Source of the DNA: Candidatus Omnitrophota bacterium
GTDB taxonomy: Bacteria; Omnitrophota; Gorgyraeia; 2-01-FULL-45-10
Length of the DNA: 64,000 nucleotides
Assembly (NCBI GenBank): GCA_903843285.1
Contig: CAIMPC010000068.1
Span: 1,200 to 65,199, forward strand
Direction of reading: 5' to 3'
Shown: in pieces, positions 36,191 through 45,776 of the stretch
Numbering within the stretch: the first letter of the stretch is position 1
How the letters are laid out: every line of letters starts with the position of its first letter
Notes under the pieces: generated by a model
Seen by the model: only the letters and a program-made list of their open reading frames with translations
What the model was told of the DNA's origin: nothing
Databases searched by the model: none
Translations under genes and position numbers: made by a program

Positions 36191-37776
36191 AGACCAGCCA
36201 CGCAGCGCAGGGCAGTATCTCCGGTAAGATTATGAAGAACACAGCTTATAACATATTGGGAAAGCTGTGGTGGATCCTGATAGCGATTTTTCTGACCCCG
36301 TATATAGTCTCGAAGATCGGCATAGAGCGATTCGGTGTCTGGGCGATAGTGGGCGTTATCACGGGTTATTTTGGGCTTCTCGATTTTGGAATAGGGATGT
36401 CATTTATTAAATATATAGCCGAGTTTCACACGAAGGGCGAGTATGATAAGATAAACCGACTTATCGACACGGGCTTCACTCTATACGCGATATTTGCCTT
36501 TATGTGCTTTTCTCTGGTATTCATTCTCAGAGGTCCGATCCTTAAATTATTGAATGTTCCAGTTTACCTTCATCACGAAGCCGGCATAGTTTTGCTGATA
36601 GGAATCGCTCTCTTTGGCGCAGCTAATGCGATGAGTCCTTTCCTGGCTATCCAGGGAGGATTACAGCGCATGGACATATCCAATAAGATCGGGATCGGGC
36701 TGTCCGTGATAAATATCGCCGGAACGGTATATTTTTTGGAGTGCGGTTACGGGATCATAGGCCTGATGGTGAACAATGTTATAGTATTCACCGTGATGGC
36801 CGTTATCAACGTGATCGCCGCCCATAAGCTCATTCCGGCTATACGCTTCAGAGCCTTCCATCTCGACAAGTTAATATTTAGGAAGTTGTTCAGCTTCGGA
36901 TATAATATGCAGATCTCCAAGATCTCCGGCCTAATATCGGCCCAGACCGATAAGATCCTGATATCCTGTTTCCTATCCATCGGACTGGTAACATTTTATC
37001 AACTGGGCAGTTCCATCGTTTATAACGCATGCTCGTTCGCCTATGTGCTATCCTCGGCGCTGATGCCGGCATTCTCCGAAATAGATGCTCTCGGCGATAG
37101 GGCCAGGCTTGTCGAGGCGTATTTGAGGAGTGTAAAGTACCTGAGCTTTTTCACTGTCCCGGTATTCATATTCATGGCCATCTCGGCAGGAGAGATAATG
37201 TTCATATGGATGGGGTTCGGGTACGGCCAATCAGTACTTGTCATACAGGTACTGGCGTTTGCACTCCTAGTATACACGCTCGCGCAATCCTCATCATCGG
37301 TGTCGGCGGCCATCGGTAAGCCGCAGCTTCTGGCGATGGGCTCACTTATCATAATATTCCTGAACGTGATATTGAGCGCGGTATTCATAAAGGCCTTCGG
37401 CTTCCTGGGAGCGGCCTGGGGAACGCTGATAGCTGTGAATGTGGGTACGGTATATTTTCTGAACCAGTTGCATAAAGATATAAGAGTCAGCACCCGGTCT
37501 TATATAGGCACGACTGTGCCTTTCTTCCTGGCGTGCGCCGCGGCGACGGCCGTAATATTTGTCGTATGGAATATTCTCGGACGCTTTGTTAATTTCTCCG
37601 GTATTGGGAGGTTATGGTCCATGGCGTTCTTCCTTGCCAGAGGGACAATATTCCTACTTACTTATTTCTTATGCGTGAAGGCGCTCTCGCCGTTCCGGGC
37701 GAAAGAGCTCGAGGTGATAAGAGAGAAGATACCGGTTCTCGGGTCGGTAATGGTTAAGATGATAAGCCGTCAATAA
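36187..37776 (+). CDS. wzx: Polysaccharide biosynthesis protein / flippase (Wzx, MOP superfamily)
   Basis: About 14 TM helices, 529 aa. The ATG at 36187 overlaps the upstream stop (ATGA). The track ORF from 36118 is a frame extension. Confidence 0.65.
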   Translation: MKTSHAAQGSISGKIMKNTAYNILGKLWWILIAIFLTPYIVSKIGIERFGVWAIVGVITGYFGLLDFGIGMSFIKYIAEFHTKGEYDKINRLIDTGFTLYAIFAFMCFSLVFILRGPILKLLNVPVYLHHEAGIVLLIGIALFGAANAMSPFLAIQGGLQRMDISNKIGIGLSVINIAGTVYFLECGYGIIGLMVNNVIVFTVMAVINVIAAHKLIPAIRFRAFHLDKLIFRKLFSFGYNMQISKISGLISAQTDKILISCFLSIGLVTFYQLGSSIVYNACSFAYVLSSALMPAFSEIDALGDRARLVEAYLRSVKYLSFFTVPVFIFMAISAGEIMFIWMGFGYGQSVLVIQVLAFALLVYTLAQSSSSVSAAIGKPQLLAMGSLIIIFLNVILSAVFIKAFGFLGAAWGTLIAVNVGTVYFLNQLHKDIRVSTRSYIGTTVPFFLACAAATAVIFVVWNILGRFVNFSGIGRLWSMAFFLARGTIFLLTYFLCVKALSPFRAKELEVIREKIPVLGSVMVKMISRQ

Positions 37777-37787
37777 AGGGGACGCTC

Positions 37788-38375
37788 ATGGAGCATTTAA
37801 AACTGTTTATCAAGAGGCTGTCGTGCATTATAAAAGGTATCACTGACGCCGGTAAAGGCGCATTTGTCTCTCCGGAGGCGGAGGTGAAGTTCCCGCGGCG
37901 CGTGCATCTGGGTGAGGATTCGATCCTGGAGAGCCGCTCACGCCTGATAGCCAACGGTGAAACCGCTTCGATAAAAGTCGGCCGTTATACGACGATCTAT
38001 CCTTACGCGTTACTTAAGGCCAACGGCGGCAAGATCGAGATAGGGACTGCATCGGCGATCCATGATTATTCGGTGCTATACGGAAATTTCGGCATATCTA
38101 TAGGTGACGATGTCCACATCGCCGCCCATGTTGTCATGGTGGCCTTCGAACACGATTACGAAAAGCTCGGCTCAATAGATTTTAGCCTTCACATGACCGG
38201 CCGCGGCATCAAAATCGGAAACAGTGTATGGATTGGAGCAAACGTAGTTATACTGGACGGACTTACGATAGGTGACGGCTCCGTCATAGGCGCCGGAGCC
38301 GTTGTGACGGAGGACATCCCGCCTAATTCGATAGCTTATGGTGTACCTGCGAAAGTCGTAAAGAAGAGGAAATAA
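37788..38375 (+). CDS. Hexapeptide-repeat sugar O-acetyltransferase (LbH family)
   Basis: The stretch IGNSVWIGANVVILDGLTIGDGSVIGAGAVV consists of hexapeptide repeats. Confidence 0.7.
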   Translation: MEHLKLFIKRLSCIIKGITDAGKGAFVSPEAEVKFPRRVHLGEDSILESRSRLIANGETASIKVGRYTTIYPYALLKANGGKIEIGTASAIHDYSVLYGNFGISIGDDVHIAAHVVMVAFEHDYEKLGSIDFSLHMTGRGIKIGNSVWIGANVVILDGLTIGDGSVIGAGAVVTEDIPPNSIAYGVPAKVVKKRK

Positions 38376-38376
38376 T

Positions 38377-39441
38377 GTGAGGGTGCTATTAGCCGCGCCG
38401 GAAGACAGTACTGTCTTAGGGACGGTCGGAGGTTATTGCCGGTCGGCCCTTGAGTCGCTGGGCCACGAGGTCCGCATTTTCGATTTCCGTAAAAAGCCTT
38501 TCTTTCGCGGCGCTTTCGCCTCGCGGATAAAATCGGCAGTTCGGGCCATAGTGCCGCGGTATATATCGCCCTACCAGGCTCCGGTGATCAGGGCCGCTGT
38601 GGACAGAAAGGTGAATGACGAAATCCTTAAAATAGCCAAAGAGTTCAAACCCGAATTATTCCTGGTGCTTCTGGGCGAGAACATATCTGCTAAAACCGTT
38701 GAATCCATAAAGGGCTTGGGAGCTGTTACGGCAAACTGGCTCCTGGATTCGATCATACTGCCGCACAGGCTGGAATTTATGCGGGCATCGGCCCCTGCAT
38801 ATGACCATATATTTCTGATCGACTCGCCGGACGTCTTAGATAAGATAGATTTTAAGGCCGCTCACGTTGACAGCATACCGCTCGGATGCGATCCGGAGGT
38901 GCATAATAAGATAGAGCTGTCTAAGTCCGAGATTGCCAAATACGGTAGTGACATCGCGTTCGTCGGCTCCGTATCACCGGAACGCCAGAAGGTGCTCGAC
39001 GAGTTGAGCGATTTTGATATAAAGATCTGGGGTCGGTGGCAGGCCGAGAGCGATAAACTGAAAGGTCGTTACATGGCCAGGGATATTTACGGGCCTGACA
39101 CGACAAAGATATATAATGCCTCGAAGATAGTGATCGACATACACGGCCGGTTCGGATCACCCGATGGCATATTTAATGTTACTCCGAGGGTGTTCGAGGT
39201 TCCGGCGAGCGGCACGCTACTGATGACCAACGATATTCCCCAGGTACATTCATTGTATAAGACGCCCGATGAGATGGTGGTATATAGCGACGTCGCAGGC
39301 CTTAGGGAGCGTATAACTTACTTTCTTGCCCACGAGCCCGAGAGAAGATCGATCGCCGAGAGAGGCTATAAAAGAGCACATCGCGATCATACATACGCCC
39401 GGAGGCTTACCAGACTAATAGAGATCGTTCGGAGAAAATGA
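38377..39441 (+). CDS. CgeB-like / DUF3880 glycosyltransferase-family protein
   Basis: C-terminal FEVPASGTLLMTNDIPQVHSLYKTPDEMVVYSDVAGLRERI...ERGYKRAHRDHTY, typical of the CgeB family. GTG start. Confidence 0.45.
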   Translation: MRVLLAAPEDSTVLGTVGGYCRSALESLGHEVRIFDFRKKPFFRGAFASRIKSAVRAIVPRYISPYQAPVIRAAVDRKVNDEILKIAKEFKPELFLVLLGENISAKTVESIKGLGAVTANWLLDSIILPHRLEFMRASAPAYDHIFLIDSPDVLDKIDFKAAHVDSIPLGCDPEVHNKIELSKSEIAKYGSDIAFVGSVSPERQKVLDELSDFDIKIWGRWQAESDKLKGRYMARDIYGPDTTKIYNASKIVIDIHGRFGSPDGIFNVTPRVFEVPASGTLLMTNDIPQVHSLYKTPDEMVVYSDVAGLRERITYFLAHEPERRSIAERGYKRAHRDHTYARRLTRLIEIVRRK

Positions 39442-40586
39442 TGGCTCGGAATAAGATACTATATATCCATGAGACATCCCGGTTTAGCGGCGGCGAGAAC
39501 AGTCTTCTGAATCTCGCGCTGAATCTCGATAAGGAGGCCTTCGAACCTGTATTTGCATGCCCGCCAGGCGGGCCGTTTGTCGAGATCCTGCTTAAGAGCG
39601 GCATAAAGGTCTATCCGGTCGGTTTTCCGGCGGTGCGAAAGCTTACAGGCGTCTTAGGCGCTGTAGTAAGGGTGCGTAAGATCATCCGGGATGAGCATAT
39701 TTCGCTGGTCCATTCGAACAGCATCCGGACGCATATGTATGCATGGCTTGCCGGACGCGCTGAAAAGGTACCGGTAATATGGCACGAGAGAAACCTGATC
39801 GAAAGAGAGATTATAGATCCCGACAGGGCGCTGTCATTTCTACCCGATGCCATAATCTGCAACTCCCGCGCCATAGCCGAACGGTTTATAAATAAAGGCT
39901 CCCTGCCGGAAAAGGTACGAGTTATTCATAACGGCGTCGATATCCAGAAATTCAGTCCCGCGGCAAGCGGCAATAATATGAGAAAAGCATTTGGCATAGG
40001 CAGTGACGAGATAGTCATAGGCATTGCCTCGAGATTCAATAAGGGCAAGGGGCATGAAATATTTCTGGCCTCTGCGGCCAGACTTCTAAAAGATGTGCCC
40101 GACGGTAGGCGTAAGTTAAGATTTTTAATCGCCGGAGGCGCGGTCTTCGAAGAGGATAAGGACCGTGAAAAGTACGTTAAATCCCTCGCCGGGGAATATG
40201 GCATATCCGATAGAGTTATATTCACAGGCATTATAAAAGATATGCCGGATATATATGCGGCGATCGATATATTTGTGCTGGCGTCACTTGCCGAGCCATG
40301 CGGGAGAGTGGTCTCTGAAGCAATGGCTTGCGGTAAGCCGGTTATCGGGACCGACTCCGGAGGAACTCCCGAGATGATAACAGACGGCGTGACCGGACTA
40401 TTGGTTATGCCGGGGAATGCCGATGCGATCGCGGATGCGCTGGCGATATTAATAGGGGATAAAGATAAGAGGCTCGAGATGGGGCGCTCATCCAGACAAA
40501 AGGCCGAAAAGGATTTTGACATCAGCCTTCACGCGAAAGAGACCGGGCAACTGTACCTCGATATGATAGATAAGGCGAAAAGGTAA
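39438..40586 (+). CDS. Glycosyltransferase family 4
   Basis: The EX7E region is LASLAEPCGRVVSEAMACGKPVIGTDSGGTPEMI. GT-B fold, 382 aa. Confidence 0.8.
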   Translation: MMARNKILYIHETSRFSGGENSLLNLALNLDKEAFEPVFACPPGGPFVEILLKSGIKVYPVGFPAVRKLTGVLGAVVRVRKIIRDEHISLVHSNSIRTHMYAWLAGRAEKVPVIWHERNLIEREIIDPDRALSFLPDAIICNSRAIAERFINKGSLPEKVRVIHNGVDIQKFSPAASGNNMRKAFGIGSDEIVIGIASRFNKGKGHEIFLASAARLLKDVPDGRRKLRFLIAGGAVFEEDKDREKYVKSLAGEYGISDRVIFTGIIKDMPDIYAAIDIFVLASLAEPCGRVVSEAMACGKPVIGTDSGGTPEMITDGVTGLLVMPGNADAIADALAILIGDKDKRLEMGRSSRQKAEKDFDISLHAKETGQLYLDMIDKAKR

Positions 40587-41380
40587 TGGCGCCGGATGAT
40601 GATTTAAGACAAAGGATACTGGAGGGTAATATAAAACTGCACCGAGTCGAGGCGCCGCATTATGACGTGCTCCACCCGGAAGAGTTCAACTGGTTTGAAC
40701 AGCATCGCTTGCGACGGGACATAGCGCGAATAGCGGCGCAATTACCGGCTAATGCCTTAGCGCTCGATATCGGATGCGGCACAGGTAATATATTATTGAA
40801 ATTGATAGCTCTTGGCATCAATGTTAGCGGAGTAGATATATCGGAAGATATGGTGAGATTGTTAAAGAGCAGGATACCGACGCATTCGGAGGGTAAGGTT
40901 AATTTGACGGTGCAGAATGTGGAAGATTTTCTCGTTGGTTGTGCCAAGGAATACGATCTGGTGACGGCGAGTTCTGTTCTGCATCATATGCCTGACTACA
41001 TCTCAACGCTTCGATCGGCCATAGGCAGGATCAAGCCCGGCGGGTGGTTATACATAGTCCATGAGCCGACCAAGAATGCGCTCGGACCGGATACATTTCC
41101 ACGGAAGATATTATGGCAGATGGATAACCTGGCCTACAATTTATTACATGCTCGATCGATTCCACAGACGGAAGCCAGGGACTACAGGATGTCGGACTAC
41201 CAGTTATATCATGGATTTGATGAAGATAAAGTGGCCCGGGAGTGCCGCGGCTTGGGCCTGGATGTGGTCAGCTTTGTCAGATACTCGAGTACGATGCGTA
41301 CGGGGCTTTCATGCTGGATAGATTCGTCCGTATTGGGCAGTAGAAGGCATTTCAGCCTGATCGCCCACAAAAAAAGATAA
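40586..41380 (+). CDS. Class I SAM-dependent methyltransferase
   Basis: LDIGCGTGNILLKL and LYIVHEP motifs. Confidence 0.7.
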   Translation: MAPDDDLRQRILEGNIKLHRVEAPHYDVLHPEEFNWFEQHRLRRDIARIAAQLPANALALDIGCGTGNILLKLIALGINVSGVDISEDMVRLLKSRIPTHSEGKVNLTVQNVEDFLVGCAKEYDLVTASSVLHHMPDYISTLRSAIGRIKPGGWLYIVHEPTKNALGPDTFPRKILWQMDNLAYNLLHARSIPQTEARDYRMSDYQLYHGFDEDKVARECRGLGLDVVSFVRYSSTMRTGLSCWIDSSVLGSRRHFSLIAHKKR

Positions 41381-41388
41381 ATCTATAA

Positions 41389-42168
41389 ATGATAAACAAG
41401 ATAAAAGTATCGGTGATAATAGTTACGTTCAATGAGGAGAAGCGCATCCGCAGATGCCTCGAATCTGTCAGGTGGGCGGATGAAGTAGTGATCGTCGACC
41501 AGTCATCGACCGATAATACGGCCGCCATCTGCAGAGAGTATACCCGGAAAGTATCCGTGGTATCCAATAAAGGTTACTGCGAGCCGGACAGGCCCCTTGC
41601 CCTGTCAAAGGCCTCGAACGAATGGATACTATATCTCGACGCGGACGAATCGATAACGGATGGGTTGCGGCAGGAGATAGAGGAGACGCTCGGCTATGTC
41701 GCGAAGTTCGACAGCTATTACATTCCGAGGAAGAATATGTATCTCGGCAAATGGGTCAGGTATTCCGGGTGGTACCCGAATTACATCATGAGGTTATTCC
41801 GAAAAGATAAGGTAACATTCTCCGACAGGATCCATACCGATGTGACGCCGATCGGAACGTCGGGGCATCTTAAGAACGCGATAGAGCATTATACCTATGA
41901 GAGCATCGAGGAGCACGTTTCGAAGATGATCCGTTATACGAACGTCCTGGCCCGGCAGTCGTTCGAAAGGAAAGAGCGGATAACGGCGAGAAATTTCTTC
42001 TGGAAGCTTGCATTATTGCCACTGGGATATTCGCTGAAAAAGTATATATTTAAGCAGGGTTACCGCGACGGAGTTCGCGGGTTTTTGATCGCGGCATTCA
42101 CGTTCATGACTGTATTTGCCGCAAATGCAAAGCTGTGGGAGATGGCGAGGACCGGGAGAAGTAAATGA
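41389..42168 (+). CDS. Glycosyltransferase family 2
   Basis: VSVIIVTFNEEKRIRRCLESV...DEVVIVDQSSTDNT is the GT2 signature. DAD is present in YLDADE. Confidence 0.8.
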   Translation: MINKIKVSVIIVTFNEEKRIRRCLESVRWADEVVIVDQSSTDNTAAICREYTRKVSVVSNKGYCEPDRPLALSKASNEWILYLDADESITDGLRQEIEETLGYVAKFDSYYIPRKNMYLGKWVRYSGWYPNYIMRLFRKDKVTFSDRIHTDVTPIGTSGHLKNAIEHYTYESIEEHVSKMIRYTNVLARQSFERKERITARNFFWKLALLPLGYSLKKYIFKQGYRDGVRGFLIAAFTFMTVFAANAKLWEMARTGRSK

Positions 42169-42857
42169 GTTTAAAAAAGACCATAGAGCGAGTGATGGGA
42201 CTTACCGATATTTTAGGTAATTTTGTCTATCTGGTGCTCTACAAGATGATTAATAGAATCGAGAGCACGACAGGCTATAGCGATCTGGCCTGCCTCTTTC
42301 TTTTAGCAAGAGATGGCAAGGGTGAGGGCGCTATCGTGGAGATAGGCTCATATAAGGGCAAGTCTGCTGTCGTGATGGCCCTTGGCAGTAAAGCCGGCCG
42401 GCGCGAGGCCGTTAACAGCGTTGATCCGCATCTCGAAGGCACGAAGGATATATTCATGAAGAACGTGAAGGCCTTCGGAGTAGAGGATTATGTGAAAGCT
42501 ATAGTGGCCACCAGCTTCGCCGGCCGCAAACTCTTTGACTCCAAGATAAGATTATTATTCATAGACGGTTGCCATGAGTATGAATTTATTAAGAATGATA
42601 TACTTTTATGGAAGGATCTGATGATAGACGGCGGCGTTATAGTGTTTCATGATATTAACTGGAAGACGGTGGCGCGCGCAATCGATGAACTGATAAAGCC
42701 ATCCGGCGATTTTATCATAGAAGGCACAACCGGATGCAGTCTCATAGTCTCCAAAAAATTCACCGCCAATAAAAAGATTTTCGACGAGATAGAGCTATTT
42801 AATAAGATAAAGGATTTTATAAGGCCCTGGAGAAATCCGGCGCCGATAGTCATATGA
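42165..42857 (+). CDS. Class I SAM-dependent methyltransferase, CmcI-like (paralog)
   Basis: VEIGSYKGKSAVVMA and LLFIDGCHEYEF...GGVIVFHD, paralogous to 5356-6075 and 45018-45776. Confidence 0.6.
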   Translation: MSLKKTIERVMGLTDILGNFVYLVLYKMINRIESTTGYSDLACLFLLARDGKGEGAIVEIGSYKGKSAVVMALGSKAGRREAVNSVDPHLEGTKDIFMKNVKAFGVEDYVKAIVATSFAGRKLFDSKIRLLFIDGCHEYEFIKNDILLWKDLMIDGGVIVFHDINWKTVARAIDELIKPSGDFIIEGTTGCSLIVSKKFTANKKIFDEIELFNKIKDFIRPWRNPAPIVI

Positions 42858-45013
42858 CGAAGATCATAAAGGATAAGATCCGCATACTTCATTTCATACA
42901 CGCTTCCGGTGTCACCGGCCCCGGACGCATAGTATACGGGCTTGTCGACAAACTCGATAAGGGCGAATTCGCCTGCGACGTAGTTTGTCCGGCGGCAGGA
43001 CCGCTTACTGACGATCTCAGGAGGATAAGTGCGCACATAATTCCGTTCGATCCGAAGGATCTGAAGAGGCCATCGCGCCTGGCCGGGCTGGGTCGAGTAA
43101 TAAGCTCGGGAAAGTATCATATACTCCATATTCATTCGGGCCAGTTCAGCGCGTTCTGGAAGATCTTCGGCAGGCTTCTCGGTATACCGGTGATAATCTA
43201 TACCGAGCATGTCGAAGGGTCGGACCATTCGTGGATCAAGTCTCGCATAAAGCTGGCACTGCATCTTTTGACCCATCCCATCTTGAACATGGCTGTCGAT
43301 CAGGTGATAGCTGTTTCGGAAGAGACTCGCAGGTTATTTATAAAAAGGCAGGGTTTATCGGCCGATAAGGTCACAGCGATACATAACGGTGTATATACGG
43401 ATAGGCTGAGGGATTGCCGGGCAGATTGTCATACGATAAGAGAGAGATTGGCGGTGCCGGAGGGTGCTTTACTGGTTGGTGTGTTCGCAAGGCTATCGCC
43501 GGAGAAGGGGCACAGGTTCCTCATAAATGCCGCCGCCGAGATATTGAAGATCCGGCAGGACGTCAGGTTTATTATTGTCGGCGAAGGGCCTGCCAGGAAG
43601 GAGATCGAGGACCTAATAGAATCAAAAGGCTTAAAAGAGTATTTCAGGGTAGTCGGATTCAGGGATGATGCATACGATATCATGAGTTATATGGACATAA
43701 TAGTCCAACCGTCGATAAAGAAGAGCGAATCGTTCGGGCTGACGGTTGTGGAGGCCATGGCAAAGTCCAGGCCTGTGATAGCATCCGATATAGCCTGCTT
43801 TAAGGAGATAGTCGATGACGGCCTAGACGGCCTTCTATTCACAATGGCCGATGCAGGGGCCCTTAGAGATAAACTCACCATATTGCTGGACGATCGCGCA
43901 CTGAGGCAGAGGATATCTCTGGCTGCCCAAAGGAAAGCCATTGAGAAGTTCGATATCGCACTCACTGCCAGGAGAACGGGCGAGCTTTATAAAAGGGTGC
44001 TCGCATCCAAAGGTTACATGATAGAGAAGGACGTGATAGTGAAGACGGTCGGCGCCTTTATAAGTGAGACCTCAAGCCGTAAGCATCCGGATCCCGGGAG
44101 GGCATCGACCTACGATCAGGCTCTCAGACAATTTATTGATATCTCTTCGAAAGGCATTCTCGATGAGAAGGAGGCTGTACAATATCTCGATCGGGCGGAT
44201 AACCTGATCGTAGAGAATTTTATAAATTATATCGATCGCACCAAGTGTATGAAGGACCTCACCTTTTTATCCAATGTCGCGCTATTTCGTAGCGTCTTAA
44301 AACGAAAACCGATCACATCCAAAGATTACGATGAACGCATAATGGCGCAATCTCTCGAATTCCAGATAGATAATTACTATGAACCGAAAGATAAGGCCCT
44401 GAAGGCGAGGGTGGACATAGTTCTATCGCATCTTCAACCCGTTCCTGGGGAGAAGATCCTCGATGTAGGATGCGGTGTCGGGACATTCGCGTATCACGCG
44501 GCGAAGGCCGGGGCCGCGGCATACGGTGCGGACTATTCCGATGCATCGATCGACACGGCAAAAAAACTCGCCGATAAGTTTGGAATCCTCGACAAAATAC
44601 AATATAAGTGCTGTGATGTCTGTCGTCAGCTTCCGTACCCGAATAGCTTATTTGATAAGATCACCGCCGCCGACTTCATCGAACATATAACTACTTCACA
44701 GAAAGAGGAACTGCTTTCCGAGATGGTTCGGGTACTTAAGCCGGATGGTGAGATTATAATATTCACGCCGAACCTGATACGCGAGAATATCGGCGCGTTT
44801 AAGTCCGCGTTATTTAAGGCTATCGGGGCGCATCGAGACCAGACGCGCTTGCATTACGGCCTGACGGACAGGTTCACGTTCGAAAGGATGCTGAAGAAGA
44901 AGGGCCTTAAATTCAAACGCTTCTTCTATGACGTCGAGAGGCCGTGCCTGGCAGGGATACCGATGTTGAATGAATTACTGAGTCTCGACATATTGTGGGT
45001 GATCAGGAAATGA
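42854..45013 (+). CDS. Bifunctional glycosyltransferase family 4 (N-terminal) / class I SAM methyltransferase (C-terminal) fusion
   Basis: The GT4 EX7E is PSIKKSESFGLTVVEAMAKSRPVIASDIACFKEIV. The MTase domain carries LDVGCGVGTFAYHAAKAG and LKPDGEIIIFTPN. Confidence 0.75.
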   Translation: MTKIIKDKIRILHFIHASGVTGPGRIVYGLVDKLDKGEFACDVVCPAAGPLTDDLRRISAHIIPFDPKDLKRPSRLAGLGRVISSGKYHILHIHSGQFSAFWKIFGRLLGIPVIIYTEHVEGSDHSWIKSRIKLALHLLTHPILNMAVDQVIAVSEETRRLFIKRQGLSADKVTAIHNGVYTDRLRDCRADCHTIRERLAVPEGALLVGVFARLSPEKGHRFLINAAAEILKIRQDVRFIIVGEGPARKEIEDLIESKGLKEYFRVVGFRDDAYDIMSYMDIIVQPSIKKSESFGLTVVEAMAKSRPVIASDIACFKEIVDDGLDGLLFTMADAGALRDKLTILLDDRALRQRISLAAQRKAIEKFDIALTARRTGELYKRVLASKGYMIEKDVIVKTVGAFISETSSRKHPDPGRASTYDQALRQFIDISSKGILDEKEAVQYLDRADNLIVENFINYIDRTKCMKDLTFLSNVALFRSVLKRKPITSKDYDERIMAQSLEFQIDNYYEPKDKALKARVDIVLSHLQPVPGEKILDVGCGVGTFAYHAAKAGAAAYGADYSDASIDTAKKLADKFGILDKIQYKCCDVCRQLPYPNSLFDKITAADFIEHITTSQKEELLSEMVRVLKPDGEIIIFTPNLIRENIGAFKSALFKAIGAHRDQTRLHYGLTDRFTFERMLKKKGLKFKRFFYDVERPCLAGIPMLNELLSLDILWVIRK

Positions 45014-45017
45014 ATTT

Positions 45018-45776
45018 ATGAATAACATATTTTCGCGAACTTACAGGTCTTTAAGGAATGAGGGGATGAAAGCCTCTCTCCGTAAGGCCGTGTGGTGGGT
45101 GGGTGAATTTTGCCGTGTATTTTACGCCACTTTAACTATTAGATCGAAGGTCAGAGGCCTGAAGCGGGATGCGCTCATAGATTTCGTCTTTACAAAATAC
45201 GATAGGGTCATTAAGCCGATCCAGCTGAAGAGTGAGATAGCCGGCCTTATGGATATAGTTAAAGAGGCTGGGCCCGAAACGATAATTGAGATAGGTACGG
45301 CATCGGGTGGGACATTGGCTCTCTTATGTCATTCTTCTTCAGAGAATGCCATAGCGATCAGCATAGATCTTCCTTATGGCAGAGGAGGCGGAGGATACCC
45401 TGCCTGGAGAAGGCCGCTATACAGGGCATGTGCAAGGCCCGGTCAGCGGTTACATCTTATAAGAAAGAGTTCGCATGAGAATAAAACACTTAAAAAAGTA
45501 AAAAAGATATTAAAAGGCGCCCCGGTAGATTTTTTATTCATAGATGGTGACCACGCATATGAGGGCGTGAAGAGAGATTTTGAAATGTATTCCCCGCTTG
45601 TATCAAGTGGCGGCATCATCGCTCTGCATGATATAGCGAAGCACCCCCCGGATACCATGTGCAATGTATATAAATTCTGGGAAGAGATCAAATCTAGCTA
45701 TAAGAATGTCGAGATCATCGCCGATAAAGATCAGTCAGGTTTCGGCATAGGAGTACTATATGTTGGTCATCAGTAG
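45018..45776 (+). CDS. Class I SAM-dependent methyltransferase, CmcI-like (paralog)
   Basis: IIEIGTASGGTLALL and FLFIDGDHAYEGV...GGIIALHDI. Confidence 0.6.
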   Translation: MNNIFSRTYRSLRNEGMKASLRKAVWWVGEFCRVFYATLTIRSKVRGLKRDALIDFVFTKYDRVIKPIQLKSEIAGLMDIVKEAGPETIIEIGTASGGTLALLCHSSSENAIAISIDLPYGRGGGGYPAWRRPLYRACARPGQRLHLIRKSSHENKTLKKVKKILKGAPVDFLFIDGDHAYEGVKRDFEMYSPLVSSGGIIALHDIAKHPPDTMCNVYKFWEEIKSSYKNVEIIADKDQSGFGIGVLYVGHQ